Shown here piece after piece: positions 1-13,735 of a DNA stretch of 64,000 nucleotides. The notes under the pieces were generated by a model that was given only the letters and a program-made list of their open reading frames with translations, made no database searches and had not been told where the DNA came from. Source of the stretch: Ruditapes philippinarum (lineage: Eukaryota); assembly GCF_026571515.1 (NCBI RefSeq), contig NW_026854123.1:186001-250000 (forward strand), written 5' to 3'. A program made the position numbers and the translations under genes. Position 1 is the first letter of the stretch, and every line of letters starts with the position of its first letter.

Positions 1-8
1 CTATTATG

Positions 9-1108
9 TACGGTGGCACAAAAGTGACATTGTGTGTTTTTATTTATCTCGTGGCCACGAGATACTATGTCGTGGCCACGAGTTACTAAGTCGTGGCCAC
101 GAGATAGCTAAGTCGTGGCCACGAGATACTATGTCGTGGCCACGAGTTACGAAGTCGTGGCCACGAGATAGATAAGTCGTGGCCACGAGGTACTATGTCG
201 TTGCCACGAGTTACTTAGTCGTGGCCACGAGATAGCAAAGTCGTGGCCACGAGATACTATGTCGTGGCCACGAGATACTATGTCGTGGCAACGAGTTACT
301 AAGTCGTGGCCACGAGATAAATAACCAATCAGATTACACCATTTATATGAATTTCCATAATTAACTAGACATTTGCTATATACAAGGATGTCCCTACTTC
401 ACCAGCATGTAAAAGTGCCATTTATACAACTTATTGACTGGTTAATAATTTTACTTTGACCCAGATTTGTGACCCAATTACCTCGAAATTATTAGATGTC
501 ATCTACTGATCAGGTGCCATGATCTTCCTTGGTTTTATAAACCATGGCTTATCCCTTCTAAATTATTCATCAGACATGGATTTTCCTTATAGGCTATCTA
601 CTGGCCATGGGCAATGTCCTTTCCAAATAAAATAAACCAGGACTAATTCCTTCTAATGTTATCGTATAAACAAGGTTAACAGGCCGTAGTACGTACAAAC
701 TGACCAAATCGATCACAAAATTGTCCCAACAAAGAGCTATAGTCAAAATTAATATTTGATGGGCCTTGGAAGATGACTTTCTAATGTGATCCTAAAGACA
801 AGTTCAAAGTGATTATCTTCATTATTTTCGAAGATTAATGTTGCATGTAAAAGTAAGTTACAAAGTTTGAAAAATTCATAATATATTTTCTGATTGGTTA
901 ATTATTTTGTGGCCACAACTTAGCTATCTCGTGGATACGACTTAGTCACTCGTGGCCACGACATAGTATCTCGTGGCCACGACATAGTATCTCGTGTCCA
1001 CGACTTAGCTATCTCGTGGCCACGATTTAGTAACTCGTGGCCACGACATTGTATCTCGTGGCCACGAGATAAATAAAAACACACACATGTTACCTTTGTG
1101 CCACCGTA
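9..1108. mobile_element. Non-autonomous TIR element (MITE), IS3EU-type ends, with subterminal 21-22-bp tandem arrays
   Basis: TIRs tacggtggcacaaaagtgacat... and ...atgttacctttgtgccaccgta. 6-bp TSD ATTATG at 3-8 and 1109-1114. About 13 (46-320) and 8 (908-1070) repeats with palindromic core TCGTGGCCACGA. Empty paralogous site at 63916-63921. Confidence 0.9.
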
Positions 1109-1199
1109 ATTATGATACTTGTCTCATGTAAAGTATGTAAATTCTGAAATCATTCTTACAACATTAAATTAGCAATATTACATATTAAACAGTATCCTT

Positions 1200-3960
1200 A
1201 TTTTATTGCAATGAAATATAATATGACATTGTCCCTTTGCAAATTTTGGCAATTGAAAATTGTATTGTATGATTTAGTCCTTGTGTTACATCCATCTATC
1301 AATGCATCCATTTACAGAAATCGCGACCGAAATATAACTTTTAACAGCAAGGCATATTCTGAGTTAACATTGAATAATATTTTCCAATTTCGACATATGT
1401 GCGATTTCGGCCTGAGATCATTAGAACACTAGTCCAATGTGATCATCACTCGGTCAGAAATATAGTTTAATAAGTGTACCAAAAATTCACATTTTATAAC
1501 GTTTACATGGTTTACAGCTAGATTTGTTGAATATGTTTGTTATCTAAATATTTAAAGTGAGCATGTTGATCTTTTAAGAATGCATTCTAATCAATGTGTT
1601 AATATCGTTTTGTTTATGCATGTGAGATTTCCGTTGTTGTTTTAATTTCCTTTTCATTTTTTTTGGGAGGGGGGGGGGACAGTGTTATCATGAACGAGAA
1701 ATAAAGCGCATTAAAATCTAATCACTGAGTAAACGTTATGACTGTACAGGATATGCAAAGTTTTCCTTTTTCTGTTGTTTTTTTTAATTTATACCATCTA
1801 ACTATGCACAGTTGCAAAAGTGAATTTGTAAACTGAGACAAAATCAGTATTTGTGTAAATAAAATAACGCGTGGCTTATAAACCTTAGGCAATTTGCTTC
1901 AGACAGACAATGGAGAAGGAAATGTAAAAACAATCATTGCCATTGAGCTTGACATTTATGTCTCTGGTAATTTGTAACTGTAAGGTACCCTGTAAAAATG
2001 AACGAAAAACTTTTAAATTACATGTATTCAAAGGAAATTGTCCGAAAATCCGAGAACTAGACAACATCACACAGTTACACAAATAGTCACTCTGATAATG
2101 TTGTTGTTGTCCCTTTTTCGTTTTCTTTCAAGTTTTTTTTTCATTTTGTAACAATAAAAATGTATAACAAATACCATGCTAGTATCTGATAGATATTACA
2201 AAATGTCAGGCAAGGCTTGACAAAGGATAGGCTCTGCCGGGCTCTTCTTTTGTTTTGATCATGTTTGCGATTTTTGTATGTGTGTATAAAAACCTGGCAA
2301 GTACCTCTTGAATTCATGCGGCGTGTGGTAACATGCTATGTGTAATAGCTATAAGAAATAGTCCCAGATATTTTAGTCAAATGTAAGGGAGACTTTTAAT
2401 ATTCACAAAATCTAATCGATTTAAAGTTTACAAGTTAAATATTTTCAAACTACATGTAGTTAGTGGTAAAAAAATCCATTTTGAGAGTGACTGATCAAGC
2501 TAAGTGTATTCGGCATGCACTTTATCAACATAAATCAATGTAATGAAATGATTAAGTTTTATTTACATTTTCATTAGGTTTTTTATCGAGACGTGAGAAA
2601 AAGTAAGACTCAGAAGTTGCCAATATTAATTCAATAAATGGAGTGTCTTTTGTTGAATGAGGGAGTCGTCATTTCCTAGAAAATTGATTTTAATCGAAAC
2701 CTTTCTTAAATATTAAAGGAAACACTTTTATCAAATACGTAATAAGTGGCACTTATATTATTCGTGCTAATCAAGCTCACCATATATTGTTTTCAATACC
2801 ATTCCCGTTTCATTTAGATCGTTTTCAAATCGTTTTAATTCTACTTTTCTTTATGTTTACTTTTATAAAATTGTATTATTATCATAGTTATTACAGCAAC
2901 TTATTGTTTCATATCTTTTATACTGTTTACATTTAATTATTGATTGACATTTATTGAATAACAAATTAACAGACGTTTAGGACAATGCCAAAAAGTATCA
3001 TATTAACGAATGGTCTTTTTTGCAATAAAACGCTTAAGAGAGGCATGTTATATGATAGATATTCAATACTGCGAGGCGCCGCCAAAATAAAAGTGTCCCT
3101 GGTGGCTTGTCTAATTTATTAGATCGATTTTCACAGCAAAAATTCTTGCCTTAGTTCAATACATTGATTTTGATTATTTTATGAAAAAATTATTTTCTTA
3201 TAGTGTAATTTAAAGTTTATCAAAAAGACCGATGTAAAAATTTATTTATAGGAGGTCCCCTCGAAGGTTGAACTTTAAATATTTTTTACTGAAAGTGGGA
3301 AGGTACATAGTTGAATAAGCTGTTTTACAAATTTTTTTATCAAAACGCCCTAAGCTGCTCAAAAAATTTTTAGCATAAAAATTTTTACGTGTAATTTTGA
3401 AAGGGAAAATTCACTGGCTTTTTTATGTTTTTGTTTCTTCACCTCTTTGATCGCTTTTAATTTTAAAGATAATTTAAAATTATTTTTTTTATTTAGGTTA
3501 TATAAAAATATTGATTCGAATTCGTGACGACTTAGCGTAATGATTCATTTTAATGATGTAGAAATTGTTAATGTGTTATAGTGATTTATTTTAAACAATT
3601 CTTGATAAAATTGTAGAATATTTGTATTGTATATACAGGTGGCTTACTATTATATAGTCTACATTATAAAGTCTGTATTGTCATTATTAATCATTTTAGC
3701 AATGAAGTACACGAGTCCTAGTTATAAACACAATAAATGGAAAGTATGTAGAAATATGGACATAAGATACTTACAAAATACTCATGTCCCTTGTATAGCT
3801 TTAACTTATATGAACTTATGTTGTTCTGTTCTGTTCTGTTTAACTTATATGGATTAAAATTTACGCTAATAAGTATTTGCATTGTAAACAATGTTTAAAC
3901 AATAAAAACATTCCCTTGATGTTTTCATTACTTAACAGTTCAATTATAAAAATATACCGG
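1200..3960 (+). repeat. Diverged paralogous segment, copy of ~60300-63495
   Basis: Collinear matches: gcaatttgcttcagacagac (~1890 vs ~61371), cttcacctctttgatcgctttt (~3436 vs ~62938), aatggaaagtatgtagaaa (~3736 vs ~63241), gttttcattac.taacag (~3921 vs ~63457). Confidence 0.75.
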
Positions 3961-6900
3961 GATAAATGTTATGTAATTGCATCTGTGCATGGAAAGTTCA
4001 ATCAACCTGTCTGTAATCACAACGACCGAAATGTCAGCCGCTTTGATCGTTAAAGCTCTCTTACACATAAATAAATCACTACTGAAAAGTTAATTGAAAT
4101 AAAAGTTAATTTCCTAGAAACCATTGATAATGTTAAAAATTGACCAATTTACCATTCACGTATTACGACGCGTAATAGATTGAAATGTTCACAAAACAGT
4201 AGTTAATTAACGGGTACAAAGCGTTATCAAACAAAATATTGAAATTCATAAATGGTAAAATTATGTCGTTTTCATGATATTAAGATTCATTCTTAAAAGA
4301 ATTGTACCATAGAATATGTCTGATATCCAGCTACAACAGCAGGGCACCCACAAAACACTTCAAGCTCGGAAAATGTAAATCCTTAGATCGATGGCTAATT
4401 TTGTGTATTTGTTGTTTATTTTCCATTTGCCATACATTATAGTTAAAATAACACTAAATATGAGTATAGTGTAATAGTTTTCAGTTAGTTTTTTCGAACG
4501 GCCGATCGCTTCAATGAGTATTTGATTACCTGCACTGATCGCGTTTGAATAGATATTTTTTTACATTCCAAACAAACTTGTGGACAAAAATTAAATTGAA
4601 TCAACTTTATCATTTTCATCGATTAACATACACACAATAACCGGTTTATTTACCGAATCATTATTTAATTGGCATATTTGCGCTTTGGGAACGATACATT
4701 TTATATGTATCTCTTTATATTCTCAAAAAACATTTGAATGCTTGATTTAAGGAGGCAGGAATGGTGTGTTCTCAGATATCAATATCAATAATCAGATATG
4801 AGTAATGTATAACGTAATGTGTTTATTCCTTTATCTGTAACTGGTCAGTAAATAATTTATGAACGGTTTGAAAATTCAACAGCAAATCAATCAATTTGAG
4901 GAAATATGTATTTTTTTACATACATATTGGTACTAAAAGCACACTACTCTTCAGTAATTACTGTATGCACTTTGACTTGCACTAGATAGCGATATTTCCT
5001 TAAAATAAGTATTGTTCTCTGGAGTCTAAAAAGGTATCTAAACCTATTCGTTTATGGAAGCAGGCAACTGCCAATACCATAATGCACAAAAAAGGCTCAT
5101 CTTGACAGTTTATCGAATGGTCTTTCACTAGTTTTAAACAAATGTTTATCCTAAGCAAACATTAATTAATTCCTTTTTATACAAATACTAGAGGTTTTCC
5201 ATTCTATTTAATCGTTTTATAAACAAACAGCCAGATGTTAATTCTAATACAGTCCTGATGAATTGACATATGTGTCATATCATTTTATGCCAAACAATTG
5301 TTTTTGATAAAAAACCCATTACTTCATTAAATGATTAAGATAGTGTTTATAGTGTCACATTCATTGGCATTAATGAGTGTCAATCAATAAAAAATGTTTT
5401 AGTTTTTCCTTGACATCATAGATATGTGTAACTTCCATTTTGAATTTATGTTTAATATACTCTAAATTAAAGTCATATAATTGCAATAGACACATGGAAG
5501 AATTCATATCAATTTACACATTGATTCATCTGATAAAAGACATAAACAAGTTTTATTCTTTGTTCAAGTTCTTACTTGATTACTGTAAAGCAATATTGAA
5601 TCAATTCAAATATTGCAGCGCTGTTGCATGTCAAAATGTACTATGTTGTTTAGCTTATAATATAACAATGTTTGATATGGCACATGCAGCCACCTTTAAA
5701 CAAAACCATGTTATCTATTTACACATTAATTAGTAAGTTTCTATAACATAGCACCATTCATTAACCTTATCCTAGACCCAGCGTGTATAGTTGGATAATT
5801 AAAAGTTTTCAAATATTCCTTTACATACATTGACTGTATGATATGTCTTTCATGATGTTCATGATAATTCCTACCACACATCGTTTAAAGTAAAGTATTT
5901 TTATGGATTTTATTCGAGTCTCTGTCTAAAATAAACAACAAAACCATTCACTTCAGCTTCACAATGGAAATTAAAAGTTGCATTTCATTAAAAAAGGCAC
6001 AAAATAATTGAACATTTTTATCACCTTCATTTAAAATACTTATTATAAAAATATGTTATAAAACACACACGAAAACCCCACTTACTTGGAGAGAAGCAAA
6101 TACGTAAAATCAATCTATATCAAATTATTTAGCTATACGCACCAATCTGTATATTCATGTAATCTTTCTCCATGTAAAAATGGTGTCAATTTGTGCGAAG
6201 TTGTCACGTTCTCTTATCAGTTTTAATAAATGCGATTATTCAATAATATGATCAGAACAATTAAAACTTGATAAATAATGTACTATGACAATTTAATTTC
6301 CACTCATTCTCCTAAAGGGAACTAGGAATTCAGGACATTTCGATAATTTGTGTATAAATCATGTTTTATGACATTTATTTATGTAAATGTCAATAGTCAA
6401 TTTTGCAAATATATTCTAAATCAAATGCTTTATTTGTCTAACGTTCAACATCATTTACATTTAAGTGATGCCATATGTGAGTATGAATACGATACAAACG
6501 GGTAAGCAAAAGTGGTGTTCAAGGTTTACCATATTAATTCAAATGAGATTTTCTTTGAGTTGCTGATTTGGGAATAGTCAGTAATGTGATATTAAGTATT
6601 GTACCATTTCAAATGCTATTGTCTAAATGCTTAATTCTTAAATGAAAAAGCTTGCTTGTTTGTTTCATCCTGCTCGAAAAGATAATTTTAGTTGTCGATG
6701 TAACAAATACAAAATTGTATGGTTGGGTCTACATGTACAAAATGTACAAAATGATATTTTGGTGCAGGAATGCCATATAAATCAGATTCTTATTATTAAA
6801 GAAAAAAATCTAGATGGAAAAAGTGTTTGATATTTTTACTATAAAAGATCTGTGTTTGTTTTTTGTTTTTGTTTTTTTTTGTTTGTTTGTTTTGTTTTCG

Positions 6901-8159
6901 TTTTGTTTTCTTTTTGAAACTTTGTAATATATCCTAGAGATGAACAATGGTTTTAGATGTTTAAAAGAAAAGTTTCCCTCTCAAGTATGTGAACAGGGGT
7001 GTATAGTTTACGTGCATGTATTAATCTAAAATGAAAAAAAATGTTTAAAGCTATGGCCATTCACAGTCAATTTGTAAATTGTTCATAATAAAATGAAAAA
7101 AAAATCTTATTTTATATGCAAAAACAAATAAATCTCTTTTTAAATATGCCATGTTGATTGAAATTTGGACAAGAATGCAAAGATGTCGCATTAATAATAA
7201 TTATGATTAAATTTAAACCACCAAGACTAGAATAAAACTAATGTAAAGCGGAATCTTATTGGTGCCCATTCTGGTTTGTAATTCTCAAAATGTTCTTATT
7301 AACGACTTCAATAGATTTCGTAATACATGTAGTTTAATATTTTTCAAAACGCGATATAGCGACTTAGATTTTGACTTTAGTCACTACTTTAAATACTGAT
7401 TCTTAGAAAAAAAAATTTCCCCCCACCCCCTTTCCCCAACCCAAAAAAAGTAAAAACTTCATGATGGTAAACAATATTTTTTTTGTAAAATTAATGTATT
7501 CCAGAAATGTTCTTAAGACAGTAATGCCAAAATAATCCGAACGGTTTAAATCTCATGAATTGAAACATGAAAGTTTATTTGAAACCATAGAAACATTTTA
7601 CGGATTTGTTTCATCATTATTTTTTTTATTTTTGTACAAAATATTCGATTATCTCTTATTCTTTTAATAGTAATCACTTTCATTTCGCAATATTCTACAC
7701 TCGACATCTTAATATAATGTGTTAGGTTAATTATATTATTCAATAAACAGCATTGCATATTGGGAGTGATAAATATATAGAGCGCTCGTTACATTCACAT
7801 AAAACATTTTAATGCATGATTGAAGAAGGGAAGCTTTCATTATCTTATCTGTTATGAGTAATGCCTAACGTAATGTGTTTATGTAATTATATTATAAACA
7901 GTAAATGATTTATGTATGATTGTGGAGAAATCAATATCAAATCAATGACTTTGCCAATAAAATAAAGTTCTGTTATCATTGATATGAAAACAATGTATAT
8001 GATAATTTCAGAACTTTTACAGCGTGCTTAGATTTTTCCTTTACATTTAACCCACGTCGTTTTTTTGTATCTCTTTTGTATTTACTTTTACTTATTTCAA
8101 ATTAACCTAATATCTGACTTAACACTATACCAATTACTATTGGATTGAAGAAATGGACA

Positions 8160-9450
8160 TGTACAGTTACCACTGCTGAACTTTATATGATACTGAAACT
8201 GTTGAATTTACCTTGCTATTAAAAACTGCCAACACAAGACTGCATTGACGGACTTTCAGAAAAATATTTCTACAATGCCAAGTTGTAAGACCGTTCTTTA
8301 TTTTCACCCATTTCATGTTATACATGATGAGGCAAATACTGATAGACAAACACATTTTCTTCTCAATCAGTTTGACACAGAACATTCAAGTATGTAACAG
8401 TATTCAACACAATTTCTTTATTTACATATTGTACATATTATTTCGTTGTATGGGACTCTGCTCCAGCTTCTGGTTTCTACCGAAGGTCGTTGTTTTTTTT
8501 GGTTTAGAAATTACAATATATTTAAGGTATTTAGGATGGGTACATGTTAAATATTCTCCAAAAACCAAACCTATGTTTAAAGAATCTATACTCATACCAT
8601 TCATTGATAAAAGAAAATCGTTCAACTTTTGTTTCACAGAATCAACTAGCGATTTCACATTTGGAGAAATATGTGTTTCAAAAATATTATTCATTCCACA
8701 GGCAGATTAAATATGCTTAACATTTTTATCCTAAGCAATGCAGTGGAATTATTTACAAAATGTTTAAAATGACTTAACAATAACAAGGACAGCTTTGTTT
8801 TATATGGAATTATCAACTTTGCCCAGAAAGAAATATTTCTGATTTTAACATCAATTGCTATGGGAAAAACACCTGTTTCACCTTATATAAACGTATTTGA
8901 TATACTTCAGTTGGTTTTTACACATAAAATATGTTTCATAAACTTTAGCTTGATACGTTCAATGATATCACTATTCAAGTGTCCCCATATCTCGCAGCCG
9001 TATAATACTATTTGTTTTACAGTTCTATTAAATAAATCTTTTTGAATATAAAGGTACAAATAATTCATTTGCCTTCTTAAGTAGATTATGCATTGTTTTA
9101 GTTGCTTGGCAAAGCTTTCTTGGTGGTAAAGAAAGGCCCACATCTGTGGAAAAAATACCTGGGTACTTGAATTCTGAAACAATCTCAATATTTTCATGTT
9201 TTTATTTAAAGGTGAAGTTTCTAAGAAACCCTCTTGAAAACATAAGATTCTTAGTTTTAGAAGCTTTTAACATTAATCTATTTTGATTAATATAATTTCC
9301 ATATACATCTTAAGTTAATGTAAATCCGATGCTGATTCCGATCAAATACCCTTTTCATCCACATATAATAAGACAAACAATTTCACACAATTTATAATAT
9401 TGTTGCTTAAAGTGTATGTATTACGCTAAAGAATTCCGTTGAATATAATT
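8160..9450 (-). pseudogene. Degenerate non-LTR retrotransposon (CR1/L2-group-like LINE) ORF2, RT and C-terminal region
   Basis: Minus strand near 9350-9390 reads KLFVLLYVDEK, a decayed YADD motif. ORF 8907-9197 has DLFNRTVKQIVLYGCEIWG...IERIKLKFMKHILCVK, followed by a YGETGVFP-like segment near 8860-8890. These are typical post-RT LINE motifs, with many stops and frameshifts. Confidence 0.8.
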
Positions 9451-11774
9451 TGACATCAGTTTCTATATAACTTATCAATTATATAGTGCCCACAAATCAT
9501 GTCAAAGATTTATAATGAAGTTATTGTTTTGCTGAAAAACACTTCAAAATATAAGCTAACATATTAAATACCAATTGAGAAAAATACATATTATAAACAA
9601 AAAACCTGTAATCTATCTATGGTTATAAGTTTTTAGATTCCTTTCCATTGATAAATTTTAATGGCATAAAAATTCGAAGATAAATATATATGCTTTTCAA
9701 TTTACATATACAACACTTCAAAACATCAAGCACACTTTTCATAATCATGAGAACTTATTTCTGACAAGATACATTGAATACCATTCAGAAATAGATTAGA
9801 CTTCAAGCACCAACTTTAAAATTAATTTATTTGATCGAGAAAGATTGTTGTGTTTTATAAAGAGAAGAATTAACACTGTAAGACATTATAAATTATTGCT
9901 ATTTGATTATGTGATAGATAGACATCTAAAACAATTAAGCATTTAATTGATGCTAGTTTCATAAAGCCAAACATAATAATAATTAGATAAAAAGAAAGAA
10001 AGAAAGAAAGAAAACACCAAATAATCCATATTTCAAGCAAACAGCACTTTTATTTTTTATTATTCTATTATAGCATTTTGTATATAAGCTTTGTGATAAT
10101 GAGCGAACCTACAATAATAATGGTCTGGTCAGTGTCTGCGAAGTTTTGATCTAACAACTGATAAGCAGATGGTCTCGTCAATCTTTCTGATATGAACGAC
10201 ATTATACTCGCGTTCAGGAATGTTCCCCGTTTGCCATTTCGTTATCTTACTGCAATGATGTTGGCTTTCTTTTTAAAATTTATAAAATGCCGATGTTTGG
10301 TGTGTAATTTTCTAAATAAATTATGCAAATGCGTTTATTACATTACTACTGGATATGAATTATGAAAAATATAGAATATGGTATAGAATCATGACTAGTA
10401 TTAATATCAAATATGAAGATTTTTTCATATTTTTACTTCATTGATGTCCACAGATTTGAGTACAAACAAACAAAATATTATATTCTGTCCGAAATCGCAA
10501 AAATATACGACAATTTTAGACATTGCAAAATTAATTTGATTTTTTTAAAGTGATATTTCAGTCGAAATCTTGTTATGCAGGATTTCAAACATGTATGATA
10601 CTAATTTTTATCATTTGCAATTACAATGCATACCATGGGAATAAATCTAAACATCAATACACAGAGCCAAATAATGTAAAGAATGGTGGTTGCTATGATT
10701 GAATGAGAATGCATCATAAACGTGTCAAATATCTCTTGCAAGTTTTTAGCTAATGTTATTGTTTTATGCAATATCGTTTTTGACGTATCAAGTCATAACT
10801 GGTTATGTAGGTGCATCTTATGTTTTTCCTGGAAGCAAAGATGAATAAATAGATTGATGATAAGATGATAATCATATAGCAAAGCTTACAAATAAGACTT
10901 GCATAAAAACGTATATTTTTCCAGGTATCGACAATAAACATGGAAATGGGAAAATCTCTCGAGAACAATGAAAGCAATATCAAAATTTTATAAATAGGAA
11001 GACTTGAACATGATCAAAAGTTTGTTAGTAGAACATACATCATACTTTGATATCTTTCGTTTTACTTAAAAGACATGAAAGGAGATATACACGTCATTTT
11101 ATTTCCAACAAGTCCAGTATTACATGTCAACTGTTGAGGTCGATTGTTACTATTTTTTAAAGATTGGACGTCGAATATATGACACTTTTCTTTGATTATA
11201 ATTATGTACTAAAATATAGTGGTATAGTTTCGCGTATCATAGTCCTTGTATCATGTTTGAAAATGAGAGACAGATTTTTAAAATTATGCATGGATACCGT
11301 ATAATGAAAATAAATGTCTTGGATATTATTTTTCTGATACGTAAATAAGTTACATTTAAACAAACTGTGATTTACAAATAAATTTTTGATATAAACGCTC
11401 GGTCAATGGAACATAAGATGCCAATTATCTTAATAAAAAATTACATTACAAACTCAGATTTATTGATCTATAAATGGACAATTGCAATAAAATACAAGCT
11501 GCCGATCATGCCTCCTGGTAATTCATAAAAAGATAACGCCATTTAGATCTCGTAAGTACATGAATTAGTTATTTTAAGCAACAGATGTTGTATATAGAGG
11601 GCATCAGTTGAAAACATTGAACAATAAGTTGGAAAGTCAGTTTTACTATTGGTTTTCAACAATTTACTTTAAAATACGCATTTTTACTAAACTCAATTTA
11701 GGTGTGTTTCTCATTATTTGGCATCCAGGTAGTTTGCTTATAGAGAATTAATTTCAGTACGACTTTTAGTAAGC

Positions 11775-11960
11775 TATGAGCTTATAAAGCTCATAGAAAC
11801 ACTCTCGAATTTGTTCCTGGAACCAATCTGTACTGAGCAATGAGTGTAAAGTTTCTTGCTGAAAAAAAACCCCCACCCCGCCACTGACAGGCTTAAACCC
11901 CCGCGGTAGCGATTTTGTTGATTTCTAGTTTTCCCGGGCCCAAACCCAAACGGCCATGCC
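11775..11960 (-). mobile_element. SINE fragment (mollusc CORE/V-type-like)
   Basis: gttcctggaaccaatctgtactgagcaatgagtgtaaagtttcttgct is a SINE central-domain-like segment. A related, opposite-orientation copy lies at 50280-50475. Confidence 0.55.
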
Positions 11961-13589
11961 GGCCCCCCAATTTAAACCAAAAATTTTTTTGCATTTTTAA
12001 AAGGTAAACACTATTCGTTTTAATTACACAAAAAAAAGTTTTACTTAAGCAAGAAATTTCCCTTTTAGGGGACTATAAATGTGCATTTTGATTTAAAAAA
12101 AGAGCTGGTTTTTGCTTTCTCTAATAATTTTAAAATGCCCTAAAAAAACTGGGCCCTTTTCTTAAAAAGAAAAAAATTAAATGTTGCTGCAAAAAAGGTC
12201 GAACTTCATAAAAACTGGGCAATTTAAAAATGATAAAAATTTTAAAAATAAATTAACCCGCAATGTTGCCCGCAGTCGTGCTATTTTAGAAAACCATTAG
12301 CAGGGGTGGGAAATCTTTGATGTAGTATTATTACCAAAATTAAAAAAACAGTACTGAATCTGAGTTTTATAGCCAATAAATACAATTTTCTGATACAATT
12401 GCATATTAATGTCGGTGGTTACCAAACTTGAGTATAATTAATATAACAGTCTCATTCAAATACTTCTCCAAACCCTTGTATTCAGAATTCAGGAATGGCA
12501 TTCGAATAATGAAACGTGTGTACAGTACTGTAAACATAAAAAATCTCGCAAAATGAACATTTATTAAATATAATGGGTATATTGCTTTTATGCTAAAATA
12601 TTATACAATTTCTTTTTATCTTCAATTCATAGTGTTCTGTTTGCGTCATTTGTCACTAACACAAAATAAAAAATAAACAAGAAACAGTAGGTTAATTCAT
12701 ATTATCTTTTTAATGAAAGGACGGAACTATTTTTGCCACTGTCTAAGCTCTTTAAAGGAAATAGTCCATTTCAAAATCGTTTCTTCTGATACAACTGCTT
12801 TGTGTTACAAACAATTTGACATTTGCATGTGCCAATACAAATAATGAATATCAGCAATGTTTGTAATTATACATTTTCCTCTAATGATCGAATCAACGTA
12901 TTCCGAAATTTTCTCGGCCCTAACACTTTATAAACTGTATTTTTGTATTTACCTGCAGTTCGGCGACAGCCAAATTTTGTTTTGGAAATATCAATGTTAA
13001 TTTAAGAAGATATAATATAATTTATCGTGAAATGTCATTTTTTGAATAGAACATATAACAAAGGCAGCAGCACAAAAGAGCAAATAGACATAAAATAAGA
13101 TTCACCACTGACTTAAAAGAATCATTGAGACAGCATATTTGTATCCTTATCAGCAGAGACAATGATCCTTATTACGATGTATGCTACCATGCGTATAGTA
13201 AATGATTAATTTGTATAATGCTTGTTATCTTCATAGAGATATCATAACGCATAATTAAAGGAAGAAAGCTAGTCGGTGGTTCGCACTTTTTGTTTTATCA
13301 GTAATGAATTATGTATAACGTTGTTTCCTTCAATATTATTCGTAATTGATCTATCAATAGGATATGTTACTTACTTTTTGTTATGTTATTGGAAATTCAC
13401 TATTCCAGACAGCAGTGCCAATATATAATAGGTCAAAATCACATGGAATATGCCGTTAAAGTTTATTTGAAATCTACCTTTATTTCCAAGTTATTAAAAA
13501 ATTTCCCCTATACATACAACAAAGTAATAGCAAAAACACCCCCAGCAATATAAAATAATTCTCAAAATAAACTAGGTAAATTATCATAT

Positions 13590-13735
13590 TTGGTTGGATT
13601 TGACGTAGCACCAACATAGTACCGGTCTGGTAATTTCAGCTTTGCTAGCAGGTGAATAAAGTCCGCAAGTGGCCCTCCGTGCACCATTGCAGGCACAAAC
13701 GGTGAGGGACAAATGATTAAAATTCAAGGATCCTT
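13590..13735 (-). mobile_element. Degenerate SINE fragment
   Basis: Similar to the better-preserved copy at 50585-50765 (tt.cagcttt...gtgg/gccct...gtgca...cacaaacgg). Confidence 0.45.

Noticed and set aside
46-1070. CRISPR-like array of palindromic repeats
   Set aside because: There are no unique spacers and no cas genes; these are subterminal arrays of a MITE in eukaryotic DNA.
11860-12330. Unusual homopolymer-rich sequence (also ~21420-22250)
   Set aside because: It looks like poorly polished long-read consensus rather than biology.
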